Source of the DNA: Alphaproteobacteria bacterium
Lineage (GTDB): Bacteria > Pseudomonadota > Alphaproteobacteria > UBA7887
Reading direction: 5' to 3'
Length of the DNA: 64,000 nucleotides
NCBI GenBank assembly: GCA_965216755.1
Contig: CBDCGL010000011.1
Coordinates: 4,416,001 to 4,480,000 of the forward strand
Positions 48,533-58,007 of the stretch are shown here, piece after piece. Under the pieces are notes generated by a model. That model saw only the letters and a list, made by a program, of their open reading frames with translations, made no database searches and was not told the origin of the DNA. Each line of letters starts with the position of its first letter. Position 1 is the stretch's first letter. The position numbers and the translations under genes were made by a program.

Positions 48533-49552
48533 CCAAGTGTTGCCCTGACGCAGAAGCGCATTGAAATCTGTCGACGGTCTATCGCCGCCGGCGTCGGCGA
48601 TCTGTTGCCGAATCGCGGCGCCAAACGGTTGTGCCGGATCTTCGTAAAGCACCCCGACCGCCATGGGAAAGGTGGGCGGCTGCATATGGGCCAACATGGT
48701 CGCCAAGGCATGGTTGGCCTTGTCGTGGACCAACAAGTCAGCCTCGGTCACGCCATTTTCACCCAGTGTCACGACTTCCAGGGCATGGCGGCTGGGGTCG
48801 ACCACCGCCCGCAATCCGCGGTTCCGATCTTTGCCGAAGGTCAACGGTTTGCCATGTTCAACCAAGATCTGTTGGTCGGCGGCGACAGATCGGTCGGTGA
48901 AGTTGGCGAACACTTTGTCGTTGTAGACAATGCAATTCTGAAAGATCTCGACGAACGACGTGCCTTCATGGGCGCGCGCGGCCTTCAGGACTTCGCCGAG
49001 GGGCTTGATTGCCGTATCAATACCGCGCGCGACAAAACGGGCGCCGGCGCCCAGCGCCAACGTGCACGGCGACACCGGCGCTTCGATGGAGCCAAGCGGT
49101 GTCGACGGAGAGCGCGTCCCTTGACGTGACGTCGGCGAATATTGGCCTTTGGTCAGGCCATAGATCTCGTTGTTAAACAGCAATATCTGCACGTCGATAT
49201 TGCGCCTGAGGCTATGGATCAAATGATTGCCGCCAATGCTCAAGCCGTCGCCATCGCCGGTGATAATCCAGACGTCGAGCTCTGGATTGGCGAGCTTGAC
49301 ACCCGTGGCGACGGCGGGCGCGCGGCCGTGGATGGTGTGAAACCCATAGGTTTCCATGTAATAGGGCAGGCGTGACGAACAGCCGATGCCCGAGACGAAC
49401 ACAGTCTTCTCGCGTTGTGCGCCGGCCTCGGCCAGCGTCTTTTGCAGTGCACGCAAAATGGCATAGTCGCCGCAGCCGGGACACCAACGAACTTCCTGGT
49501 CGGTTGCGAAATCGGCGGGTTTTAAGCCCTCGACCCGGGGGGTGATGGTCAT
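48518..49552 (-). CDS. korB: 2-oxoacid:ferredoxin oxidoreductase beta subunit
   Basis: WCPGCGD, SGIGCSSR, HTIHGRA, TPP motif GDGD...NNEIYGLTKGQYSPT, QNCIVYN. Confidence 0.93.
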   Translation of the reverse strand: MTITPRVEGLKPADFATDQEVRWCPGCGDYAILRALQKTLAEAGAQREKTVFVSGIGCSSRLPYYMETYGFHTIHGRAPAVATGVKLANPELDVWIITGDGDGLSIGGNHLIHSLRRNIDVQILLFNNEIYGLTKGQYSPTSRQGTRSPSTPLGSIEAPVSPCTLALGAGARFVARGIDTAIKPLGEVLKAARAHEGTSFVEIFQNCIVYNDKVFANFTDRSVAADQQILVEHGKPLTFGKDRNRGLRAVVDPSRHALEVVTLGENGVTEADLLVHDKANHALATMLAHMQPPTFPMAVGVLYEDPAQPFGAAIRQQIADAGGDRPSTDFNALLRQGNTWTVDS

Positions 49553-49553
49553 G

Positions 49554-51449
49554 TCAAACCTCCAGCTCGGCGCGGATCGCCGCGTCCAATTCGGCAACTT
49601 TTAGCGGTTGTCCGTTGACTTTGCTAAGCCCCTTGGCGGGCAGAAGATATTCGCTGCGCAGCATCCGGACCAATTGTCCGGTGTTGAGTTCGGGCACCAA
49701 GATCTTTTCATAGCCACGCAACAATTCCTCGAGATTTCTGGGGAACGGCCACAGATAGCGCAGGTGCACATGGGATACGTCGAGGCCTTGCTCGCGCGCC
49801 ACACGCACGGCCCGATCGATCGGACCATAGGTGGATCCCCATCCGACCACGACCAGACGACCACCGGGTTCGCCGCAGTCGACTGTCTGTTCAGGGATAT
49901 GCTCAGCAATCCCCGCGATCTTAGCGACTCGGGTATCGGTCATTTTCTGGTGGTTGTCGGGGTCGTAGGAGATGTTGCCGCTGTCATAGTCCTTCTCGAG
50001 GCCGCCGATCCGATGTTCCAGGCCCGGCGTTCCCGGCACCGCCCAGGCCCGGGCGAGGGTCTGCGGATCGCGCAGGAAAGGATGGAAGCCGTCCGGATCC
50101 GTGTGGAACTTAACCGGGAATCGGTCATAACCGTTGATGTCCGGAATCAACCACGGTTCGGCCGCGTTGGCGAGAAAGCCGTCGGTGAGCAGAATGACCG
50201 GTGTCATGAACTGGGTCGCCAAACGCGCCGCCTCGATCGCCATGTCGAAGCAGCTGGCCGGCGTGTACGCGGCCAACACGGCCAAGGGCGTATCGCCATT
50301 TCGGCCCCACACCGCTTGGAACAGGTCGGATTGCTCGGTCTTGGTCGGCATGCCGGTCGACGGTCCGGCACGTTGCGAGTTGACCACGATCAACGGCAGC
50401 TCGGCCGCGACGGCCAAGCCAAGCGCCTCTGACTTCAAGGCAATACCTGGGCCCGAGCTCGAGGTTACCCCCAGGCAGCCGGCATAAGATGCGCCGATGG
50501 CCGAGCAAACCGCCGCGATTTCATCTTCGGCTTGAAAGGTGACAACGCCGTATTTCTTAAGACTGGCCAAAATATGCAGCAACGGCGAGGCCGGCGTGAT
50601 CGGATAGGACCCGAGAAACAGTTTCAAATCGGCAAAATGGGCGCCGGCCGCCAAGCCCCAAGACAACGCTTCACTACCGGTGATCGCGCGATACTCGCCC
50701 GGCGGGATGTCAGCTGGCGGTACGATATAGCCGTGTAGCCCGGGCGCCATTTCGGCGGTTTCACCGTAGGCATGTCCGGCATTGAGCGCGGCAATGTTGG
50801 CGTTCGCGATGTCGTCGCGTTCGGAAAACTTCGTCTTCAGCCAGTCCGTGGTGGGTGTGCGGTCACGGTCGTAAAGCCACATGACCAATCCCAGCGCAAA
50901 CATGTTTTTGCTGCGCACGGCCTCTTTTTGCGAAAGGCCAAAGGGTTTCACTGCGTTCAGCGTCATCGATGTCAACGGGATGCGGATCGTGCGAAACACA
51001 TCCGCGCCGCCGGTTTCCAGCGGATTCGACTGATATCCGGCCTTGCGCAAGTTCTTGTCGGTGAAGGCGTCTTCGTCGACGATCAGCAGGCCGCCCTCTT
51101 TGAGCTCACCCAGATTGACCTTCAAGGCCGCCGGGTTCATGGCGACCAACGCATCCGGCGCATCGCCGACCGTCAAAATCTTGCGCGCGCCAAGGTGGAT
51201 TTGAAACGCGGACACCCCGAACGTCGTGCCGGTCGGTGCGCGGATCTCTGCGGGAAAATCGGGAAACGTGGCCAAATCATTGCCGGCGAGCGCGCTCGCC
51301 AGTGTGAATTGGCTGCCCGTCAATTGCATGCCGTCACCCGAATCCCCCGCGAACCGAATGACGACCGATTCGCGTGTTTCGCGATCACCTTCTTGCGTCT
51401 CAATCGTGGTGGACGCTCCGACGCTGCCTTCCATAGCCCAATCGCTCAT
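49554..51449 (-). CDS. korA: 2-oxoacid:ferredoxin oxidoreductase alpha subunit (gamma-alpha fusion)
   Basis: RFAGDSGDGMQLTG, FPAEIRAP, YPITPAS, QAEDEIAA, QRAGPSTGMPTKTEQSD, WGSTYG, PELN.GQL. Confidence 0.94.
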   Translation of the reverse strand: MSDWAMEGSVGASTTIETQEGDRETRESVVIRFAGDSGDGMQLTGSQFTLASALAGNDLATFPDFPAEIRAPTGTTFGVSAFQIHLGARKILTVGDAPDALVAMNPAALKVNLGELKEGGLLIVDEDAFTDKNLRKAGYQSNPLETGGADVFRTIRIPLTSMTLNAVKPFGLSQKEAVRSKNMFALGLVMWLYDRDRTPTTDWLKTKFSERDDIANANIAALNAGHAYGETAEMAPGLHGYIVPPADIPPGEYRAITGSEALSWGLAAGAHFADLKLFLGSYPITPASPLLHILASLKKYGVVTFQAEDEIAAVCSAIGASYAGCLGVTSSSGPGIALKSEALGLAVAAELPLIVVNSQRAGPSTGMPTKTEQSDLFQAVWGRNGDTPLAVLAAYTPASCFDMAIEAARLATQFMTPVILLTDGFLANAAEPWLIPDINGYDRFPVKFHTDPDGFHPFLRDPQTLARAWAVPGTPGLEHRIGGLEKDYDSGNISYDPDNHQKMTDTRVAKIAGIAEHIPEQTVDCGEPGGRLVVVGWGSTYGPIDRAVRVAREQGLDVSHVHLRYLWPFPRNLEELLRGYEKILVPELNTGQLVRMLRSEYLLPAKGLSKVNGQPLKVAELDAAIRAELEV

Positions 51450-51852
51450 TGTTTGATTTTGCCGCGCGCACCAGCCCGCCGCACTTGCCAGCGCACCTTA
51501 TCGTCTTGGCTGCTGCCACTCTATCTGGTTTCGTCGACCGCTGTTGCCAATGGCCCACATAGGCGCGCATATGTTGGCCATCGCGCAAACCGGTCCTGCA
51601 AGAGATTCGATGCTGCCCAGAGGCCTCGATTCCTTAGCCTTCTTTGCAGCCCAGATATAACCATATGACCTAGCCGCATACTAGACTATCAAGCGGAAGT
51701 GATGGCCTTTTCGTGCGGATCCGCAACAGCCTGTGTTGTTGTCGTCGCAGTCCCTTGGTGGAGGTCTGCCGGTACGTCGCACAATGGCCGGACTTGCCTG
51801 GGGTCGGCGCGCGCGATTGAATGGGCGTGAGCAGATCGGATGGGAGGTTCTG

Positions 51853-52635
51853 ATGGAGCAGAGAGCAATCGAAGGGGCGGTCGACGTGCTTATGGTCTCG
51901 CGCCGCCAACGCAAGCGCCTGGCGAGCCTGCCGCCCGCGCAGAAGCCGGAGTCGGTCGATGACGGCTATGCGATCCAGAACCAGCTCGTTGCCCAGCTTG
52001 GCAAGGCTGTCGGCTGGAAAGTTGGAGCCACGAACGACGCCGTCCAGGAAATGCTCGGTCTCACCGAGCCGTTTTCGGGTCGGGTGCTGGTGACCAGCGC
52101 GTTCGATAGCCCAGCGGATCTCGATACCAACAACTATTTCATGCGCGGGCTTGAAGTAGAGTTCGCGTTTCGGACCGCCGCCACGCTTTCGTCCGCCGAT
52201 GGCCCATTTGACGAGAGCACGGTCGCCGCTGCTGTCGGCGCAGTGCATCCAGCGATCGAAGTCATTGATTCGTGCTTTGAGAGCTGGACAACGGTCGGCG
52301 CGCCAAGCCTGATCGCCGACAATGGCAGTCATGGCGCGTTGGTGCTCGGGCGTGGCGAATCTAACTGGGGTGGTTGGGACATCGGCGCCGCGGCAGTCTC
52401 GATCACCATCGGCACGGAACGGATTTCCGATGGTCACGGCCGCAATGCGCTGGGTCATCCATTGAACTCGCTGGTGTGGCTGGCGAATGATCTGGCGCGG
52501 CGCGGCCGCGATTTGCCGGCCGGATCCATTGTGACAACGGGCAGTTGCTGTAGCGCGTTGGCCTGGGCGCAAGCTGGCGATTCGGCGGAGGCTCAAATCG
52601 ATGGTCTTCAGCCGGTCGTCATTAATTTCGTGTGA
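51853..52635 (+). CDS. 2-keto-4-pentenoate hydratase / FAH family protein
   Basis: GYAIQ, GWKVGAT, EVEFAF, PAIEVIDS, IADNG, LGHPL, G.IVTTGS; RBS GGGAGG. Confidence 0.88.
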   Translation: MEQRAIEGAVDVLMVSRRQRKRLASLPPAQKPESVDDGYAIQNQLVAQLGKAVGWKVGATNDAVQEMLGLTEPFSGRVLVTSAFDSPADLDTNNYFMRGLEVEFAFRTAATLSSADGPFDESTVAAAVGAVHPAIEVIDSCFESWTTVGAPSLIADNGSHGALVLGRGESNWGGWDIGAAAVSITIGTERISDGHGRNALGHPLNSLVWLANDLARRGRDLPAGSIVTTGSCCSALAWAQAGDSAEAQIDGLQPVVINFV

Positions 52636-52656
52636 CCGGAATTCGAGGGGGTTGAT

Positions 52657-53697
52657 ATGACACAGCGTTGGGTCAACCGGCCACCCGGCTCGAACTGGGG
52701 CGATTTCGGTGACGATGATCGGCGCGGCCGGTTGAATCTCATCACCGCGGAAAAAGTCCGCCAGGGCATCGCCGAAGTGCGTGAAGGGCGAACATTTTGC
52801 CTCAGCTTGCCGCTGGACTATCCCGGCGGCAATGTGCTCAACCCGCGGCGTCATCCGCCGAAGCTTGCCGCAACTTTGCGCGAAGGGCGTGCCAACTATC
52901 TGTACCCCTTTGCCCTAGAGAACCCCGATCATGTCGACATTGTCTGTGACGACACGGCGTTGATCACCCTGCAATACTCGACGCAGTTCGACAGTCTGGC
53001 GCACGTTGGCCAAATGTTCGATGCCGACGGCGATGGTGTGCCCGAACCGGTTTTTTATAACGGCTGGCGCGGTGGCGATCATGTGCGCGGGCCGGACAAT
53101 GGTGGCGGCGGCGTCAACGGTCCACAATTGCACGGCGTGAATGCTGGTCCGCTCGGCATTGACACAATGGCCGAAGCCTGCGCGCAAGGGCGCGCGGTGA
53201 TGATCGACTTGGAGCGCCACATCGGCCGCGAGCGGGTCGCGGTCGACTATGACCAACTCATGCGGATCATGGATGGCGACAGGGTGGTGGTTGAGGCCGG
53301 CGACATGGTTTGTTTGTTCACGGGTTTCGCCGACTTGATCTTGTCGATGGATCGCGCACCGGATGGTGATGTGCTGCACAATGCTTGCGCGGCGCTTGAC
53401 GGGCGCGACGAACGGCTTTTGCAGTGGGTGACAGATTCAAATCTGAGCGTGCTAATCGCAGACAATTATGCGGTGGAGGATGTCCCGGGTCGCCCCGGCG
53501 CGGGCCGACACGCCGCCATGCCGTTGCACGAACTTTGCCTGTTCAAATTGGGCGTACATCTGGGCGAGCTTTTCAATCTGGGAGATTTGGCGCGCTGGTT
53601 GCGTGCCAACGGCCGCAACCGCTTCTTGTTGACCGCGCCGCCTTTGCGATTGCCTGGCGCGGTCGGCTCGCCCGTGCCTGCCGTCGGCACTGTGTAA
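52657..53697 (+). CDS. Cyclase family (kynurenine formamidase-like) metal-dependent hydrolase
   Basis: WGDFG.DD..GRLN, LQYSTQFDSLAH, ADNYAVE, LHE.CLFKLG..LGEL, PLRLPGAVGSP. Confidence 0.88.
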   Translation: MTQRWVNRPPGSNWGDFGDDDRRGRLNLITAEKVRQGIAEVREGRTFCLSLPLDYPGGNVLNPRRHPPKLAATLREGRANYLYPFALENPDHVDIVCDDTALITLQYSTQFDSLAHVGQMFDADGDGVPEPVFYNGWRGGDHVRGPDNGGGGVNGPQLHGVNAGPLGIDTMAEACAQGRAVMIDLERHIGRERVAVDYDQLMRIMDGDRVVVEAGDMVCLFTGFADLILSMDRAPDGDVLHNACAALDGRDERLLQWVTDSNLSVLIADNYAVEDVPGRPGAGRHAAMPLHELCLFKLGVHLGELFNLGDLARWLRANGRNRFLLTAPPLRLPGAVGSPVPAVGTV

Positions 53698-53939
53698 GGG
53701 GACTGCACCATGGCGTTGCGGCCGGCCTAGATGATTGCCGGGGTGGCCCAGCGACTCGGTACGGCGCAATGGTTCATGCCGCCCAACTGGCCCAGTCAAC
53801 TGTTCTTGTGGATTTGCCAAGAGACCACGCCAACGGCATCCGAGGGCCCGAACCGGCTCAAGCGGTTTCCGGACAAGGGTCCGACTGCGTACGTCTTCGA
53901 CATTACGAAGATATACCCGCCATCCAAACCATAAGTGCA

Positions 53940-55241
53940 CTATCCGCCGGCGATGAGGGCGAGGGCATGGTGGGCGGCTTCGGCCACGTCTTTGTCGCTG
54001 TCTTGGGAAACGCGGCGCAGCGCGTCACCAGCAGCGACTGCGGCAGGGCCAATTTGACCAAGAGTGTCAGCGGCGACGCGCCGCACGTGCGCGCGATCGT
54101 CTGCCAAGGCATTGACCAGCGCGGGCACGGCCGCCGCGCCGGCACGTACCAAGCCGCGGGCACTCGACCATCGGACATGCTCGTCGTCGTCTAGGACCCC
54201 ATCACGCAGCACCGATAGCGTCACTTCATCCTCGGGCGCGATTTGACTAAGCGCGCTGATCGCGGCGCGGCGCTGCCTTGGGTCAATATCGCCCGCGGTA
54301 TCGCGCAGCAGATCGAGGCCCGATCGCGCCGGCGGGCCGATGCGACCGAGGGCCGTCGCCGCCGCAAAGCGAATTTCGGGCTCTGGGTCATTCAGGGAAT
54401 CGACCAGTGGGGGCAGCACTTTTTCCAGGTTCAGTCGGTGCAAAAGCGGCGAGTGGTGCGTTCGTACGCTAGCGGTCAGGGGCCGGACGTCGTCGACCAG
54501 CGCCGCCAATTCATCGTCCCAAGCCAGCCCGGCGGGCCAATATTTGTCGGCGCCAACCCGTCCCATCGCCGTGACCACTGCCTTGCGGACATGCACATTG
54601 CGGTCGGCGATTGCGGCGACCAAATCGGGCAGTCCCGCGCGGGCGCCGGCGCCGATGCCGCCAATCGTTTGGGCGGCCAACATACGGACCCCCGGGTCTT
54701 CGTCGGCAAGACGCGCGCGCAGTGCCGGGATTGCGTGCGCACCCATTTTTGCCAATGAAACCGCGGCGGCGTCGCGAACGGCAGAATCCGAGTCTTGCAG
54801 GGCTGATCCGATTGCGGGGATGACCGTCTCTTTTTTGCTCGAAAAAGCGCCCAAGGCCAAGCATGCCGCCACGCGCACCACCGGCGACGGATCGTCGAGT
54901 GCTACGAGCAGTGCCGGAACAGCGATGTCGGGTTCTTCGGCGATACGTTCCAGCGCCACGGCGGCGGCGATTTTGACGGAATCGTTATTTGATCCACCAA
55001 CCAGTTCGGCCAGCTGTGGAACCGCGCCAGAGGCGCTGCGACCATAGTTCCCGAGCGCCTCGGCGGCGGTGACCTGGGCTTCGGCCTGACCTTGACCCAG
55101 CGTTTCCATCAAGGTGTGCAGGCTTCCGCTGCTCTGGGCGTCCTGGCCGAATGCCGGACCGGTGACCGACAGCGAAACCGCCAATATCGCGGCAATCCGC
55201 CGTATCGACGCAGTTCCTGTTCCGGTGATGACAAAATTCAT
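53940..55241 (-). CDS. Exported HEAT-repeat (PBS lyase-like) protein
   Basis: Signal peptide (AFG-QD); about 10 repeats of A.P.L...L.D....VR..AA.ALG.IG. Confidence 0.85.
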   Translation of the reverse strand: MNFVITGTGTASIRRIAAILAVSLSVTGPAFGQDAQSSGSLHTLMETLGQGQAEAQVTAAEALGNYGRSASGAVPQLAELVGGSNNDSVKIAAAVALERIAEEPDIAVPALLVALDDPSPVVRVAACLALGAFSSKKETVIPAIGSALQDSDSAVRDAAAVSLAKMGAHAIPALRARLADEDPGVRMLAAQTIGGIGAGARAGLPDLVAAIADRNVHVRKAVVTAMGRVGADKYWPAGLAWDDELAALVDDVRPLTASVRTHHSPLLHRLNLEKVLPPLVDSLNDPEPEIRFAAATALGRIGPPARSGLDLLRDTAGDIDPRQRRAAISALSQIAPEDEVTLSVLRDGVLDDDEHVRWSSARGLVRAGAAAVPALVNALADDRAHVRRVAADTLGQIGPAAVAAGDALRRVSQDSDKDVAEAAHHALALIAGG

Positions 55242-55418
55242 GGCGCTCAAAATCGGACCCGAATGACGGTTCGGCCCCCTTTGTTATTTTCGTTCACCCG
55301 ACCGGCCGCGTTGGCTGAATCCGGCACGCGTCCGCTGATCTGTCGGCAGTCGCCGACACCGCGTACACTATAGTACAAAGCCATACGAGATTTTATCAGC
55401 ACGATGTAGGGAGCGGTC

Positions 55419-57062
55419 ATGCTACGTGGACTGATGATGGACATGCCTTTGATGGTGTCGTCCTTGATCCGATATGCGGCGGAATATCACGGTGAACGGG
55501 AAATGGTGTCGGTGTTGCCAGACGGCGGTCAGCATCGGACCAATTACGCCGAAATCCATGGTCGTGCGCAAAAGCTGGCCAATATGTTGACGGGCATGGG
55601 GATCGGCGTCGGTGATCGGGTCGGCACCCTGGCGTGGAACACGCACCGCCATGTTGAGCTCTATTTTGGCATTTCCGGCATGGGCGCCGTCTGCCACACG
55701 ATCAACCCGCGGCTGTTCCCGGATCAGATCAATTACATCATCAATCACGCCGAAGATCGCATTCTGTTTGTCGATACCACCTTCGTGCCGTTGTTGGAGG
55801 GGATGGTGGACTCGCTCACCGGCTTGGAAGCGATCGTAATTATGACCGATCCCGCGCACATGCCCGAGACGACTTTGCCAAACGTGCATTGCTACGAAAC
55901 GCTGCTCGCGCCGCACAAAGACAGTTTCGATTGGCCGCTGTTCGACGAGAATACGGCGGCAGCACTGTGCTACACGTCTGGCACGACTGGCAATCCAAAG
56001 GGGGTTTTGTATAGCCATCGCAGCACGGTGATCCACGCGTTCTGCGCCTGCTCCAAAGACACACTGGGCGTGTCGAGCAATGACACGATCTTGGTGATCG
56101 TGCCGCTGTTTCACGCCTGCGCTTGGGGCATGCCGTATGCTGCCGCCATGTCGGGCGCCAAACTGGTGCTGCCAGGGGCCGACCTTGATGGCGAGACGCT
56201 GCACCGCTTGATCCATGCCGAAGGGATTACCGCCAGCGCGGCGGTACCGACCGTTTGGCTGGGTTTGCTGCAATATTTGGACAGTACAGGTAATGATCTC
56301 GGCAAGCTGGAACGGGTCGCGATCGGCGGCACGGCACCGCCGCCGTCGATGATCGAGACCTTACAAAACCGCTACAACGTCCGCGTGATTCATGCCTGGG
56401 GCATGACCGAGACCAGCCCCTTGGGCACCACCGGCACTTTGAAGGCCTCGGCAAAGGCATTGCCGCCGGAAGAGCAATTCCGCCTGCAGCAAAAGCAGGG
56501 ACGTGGCATTTACGGTGTAGAGATGAAGATCGTCGACGATGACGGCCGTGAACTGCCGCGCGACGGCGTGGCGTTTGGCAATTTGCTGGTGCGCGGTCCG
56601 TGGATCGCGTCGGGCTATTTCAAGGGTGAAGGCGGCGACCCCTTGACCGATGACGGCTGGTTCCCGACCGGCGACGTGTCGACGATCGATCCCCACGGTT
56701 ACATGCAAATCACCGATCGCGCCAAGGACGTGATCAAGTCGGGTGGTGAATGGATCAGCTCGATCGATTTGGAGAACGCCGCCGCCGGACACCCGGATGT
56801 CCATGAGGCCGCGGTCATTGGCGTGCGTCATCCGAAATGGGACGAACGACCCCTGCTGATTGTCGTGCCGGCCGAAGGCAAAACACCGGATAAAGATGAC
56901 TTGTTAGGCTATTTATCAGATAAGGTCGCCAAATGGTGGTTGCCGGATGATGTCGTGATTGTTGACGAATTGCCGCACACGGCGACGGGAAAGGTGACGA
57001 AGTTAGCACTACGCGAACAATTTTCGGACTATCAATTGCCAACGGTGTCTGCCGATTCATGA
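55419..57062 (+). CDS. Fatty-acyl-CoA ligase (AlkK/DmdB-like)
   Basis: [16 protein letters not shown]...[33 protein letters not shown]. Confidence 0.93.
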   Translation: MLRGLMMDMPLMVSSLIRYAAEYHGEREMVSVLPDGGQHRTNYAEIHGRAQKLANMLTGMGIGVGDRVGTLAWNTHRHVELYFGISGMGAVCHTINPRLFPDQINYIINHAEDRILFVDTTFVPLLEGMVDSLTGLEAIVIMTDPAHMPETTLPNVHCYETLLAPHKDSFDWPLFDENTAAALCYTSGTTGNPKGVLYSHRSTVIHAFCACSKDTLGVSSNDTILVIVPLFHACAWGMPYAAAMSGAKLVLPGADLDGETLHRLIHAEGITASAAVPTVWLGLLQYLDSTGNDLGKLERVAIGGTAPPPSMIETLQNRYNVRVIHAWGMTETSPLGTTGTLKASAKALPPEEQFRLQQKQGRGIYGVEMKIVDDDGRELPRDGVAFGNLLVRGPWIASGYFKGEGGDPLTDDGWFPTGDVSTIDPHGYMQITDRAKDVIKSGGEWISSIDLENAAAGHPDVHEAAVIGVRHPKWDERPLLIVVPAEGKTPDKDDLLGYLSDKVAKWWLPDDVVIVDELPHTATGKVTKLALREQFSDYQLPTVSADS

Positions 57063-57232
57063 GATGTATCAAGGACGCCTTGATGGCCGTCTCGATCGTT
57101 GCCGCCGTGATGATGTTTGATCGGATGGCTCACGCGCCCGTGCTCCCCTTTGTTATCGACAACGGCACCCGGGTGGTGCCGTTGGCACGCACGCTGGACG
57201 CGCTGCGGGCGGAACGCGCCATGGCCGAATGA
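57059..57232 (+). CDS. Small hypothetical protein (57 aa), not in the ORF track
   Basis: ATGA overlap with the ligase stop; [57 protein letters not shown]; stop 1 nt before the protease GTG. Confidence 0.5.
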   Translation: MRCIKDALMAVSIVAAVMMFDRMAHAPVLPFVIDNGTRVVPLARTLDALRAERAMAE

Positions 57233-57233
57233 C

Positions 57234-58007
57234 GTGACCCGCCACGTGGCCCGACGTACGCTTGTGACCGCTCTGTTGGTGTGCCTTGCCGCGGCATTGG
57301 CCGCGACGGGTGGTGCCGGAGAGGTGAAGCTACCGGGAATCATCGGCGACGATAATCGTGAGCCCCTCGACTCGGGCGCGTGGCCGTGGCTGGCGATCGG
57401 CCGCGTGCATCAAGGCACTGGCGCCCATTGTACGGGTATCTTGGTCGCCCCCGATGTGGTGTTGACCGCCGCGCATTGCTTGTATCACGCGCGCACGGGT
57501 CGACGCCTGCCGGCGACGGAAATGCATTTTGTCGCCGGTTATCGACGCGGCGATTACGTGGCCCATGGGCGCGCCCGTGCCGTCCATGCACCGTCTGAAT
57601 ATCGTCTGCTGCGCGAACCGGACGTGTCGACGTTGGCGCATGATTGGGCGTTGCTTTGTCTGCCGATGCCCATGCCGATCACACCGGTGCTGGTGCGCAC
57701 CTTGACGGCGGACGAAATCGGCGCCGGTCGCCCATTGTCACGCGCCGGCTATAGCCAGGACAGGCCGCATTTGTTGTCGGTTCACGCCGGTTGCCGTGTG
57801 ACCGCCGGCGGCGCCGAGGCCGACGTTCTGGTCACGGACTGCGACGCCACACGCGGTGACTCAGGGTCACCGCTGATGCTCTTGGAAGGCGACCATGCAT
57901 GGGTCGTCGGTGTCACGACAGGTGTCGTCAGCGCTGGCCATGGGCGTGGCAGCTATGCCGTCAACGCCTCGCAGTTCGCCGACCCGGCGGAACTCTGCTC
58001 GGGCTAG
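57234..58007 (+). CDS. Trypsin-like (V8/GluC-type) exported serine protease
   Basis: Signal peptide, CTG.L, LTAAHC, DWALL, AGYSQDR, GDSGSP. Start uncertain. Confidence 0.88.
   Translation: MTRHVARRTLVTALLVCLAAALAATGGAGEVKLPGIIGDDNREPLDSGAWPWLAIGRVHQGTGAHCTGILVAPDVVLTAAHCLYHARTGRRLPATEMHFVAGYRRGDYVAHGRARAVHAPSEYRLLREPDVSTLAHDWALLCLPMPMPITPVLVRTLTADEIGAGRPLSRAGYSQDRPHLLSVHAGCRVTAGGAEADVLVTDCDATRGDSGSPLMLLEGDHAWVVGVTTGVVSAGHGRGSYAVNASQFADPAELCSG

Noticed and set aside
51670-52854. Long antisense ORFs (also 16197-17201, 36638-37486, 49608-50432, 50772-51668, 55422-56273)
   Set aside because: Shadows of well-supported genes, expected in high-GC DNA, with no motifs.
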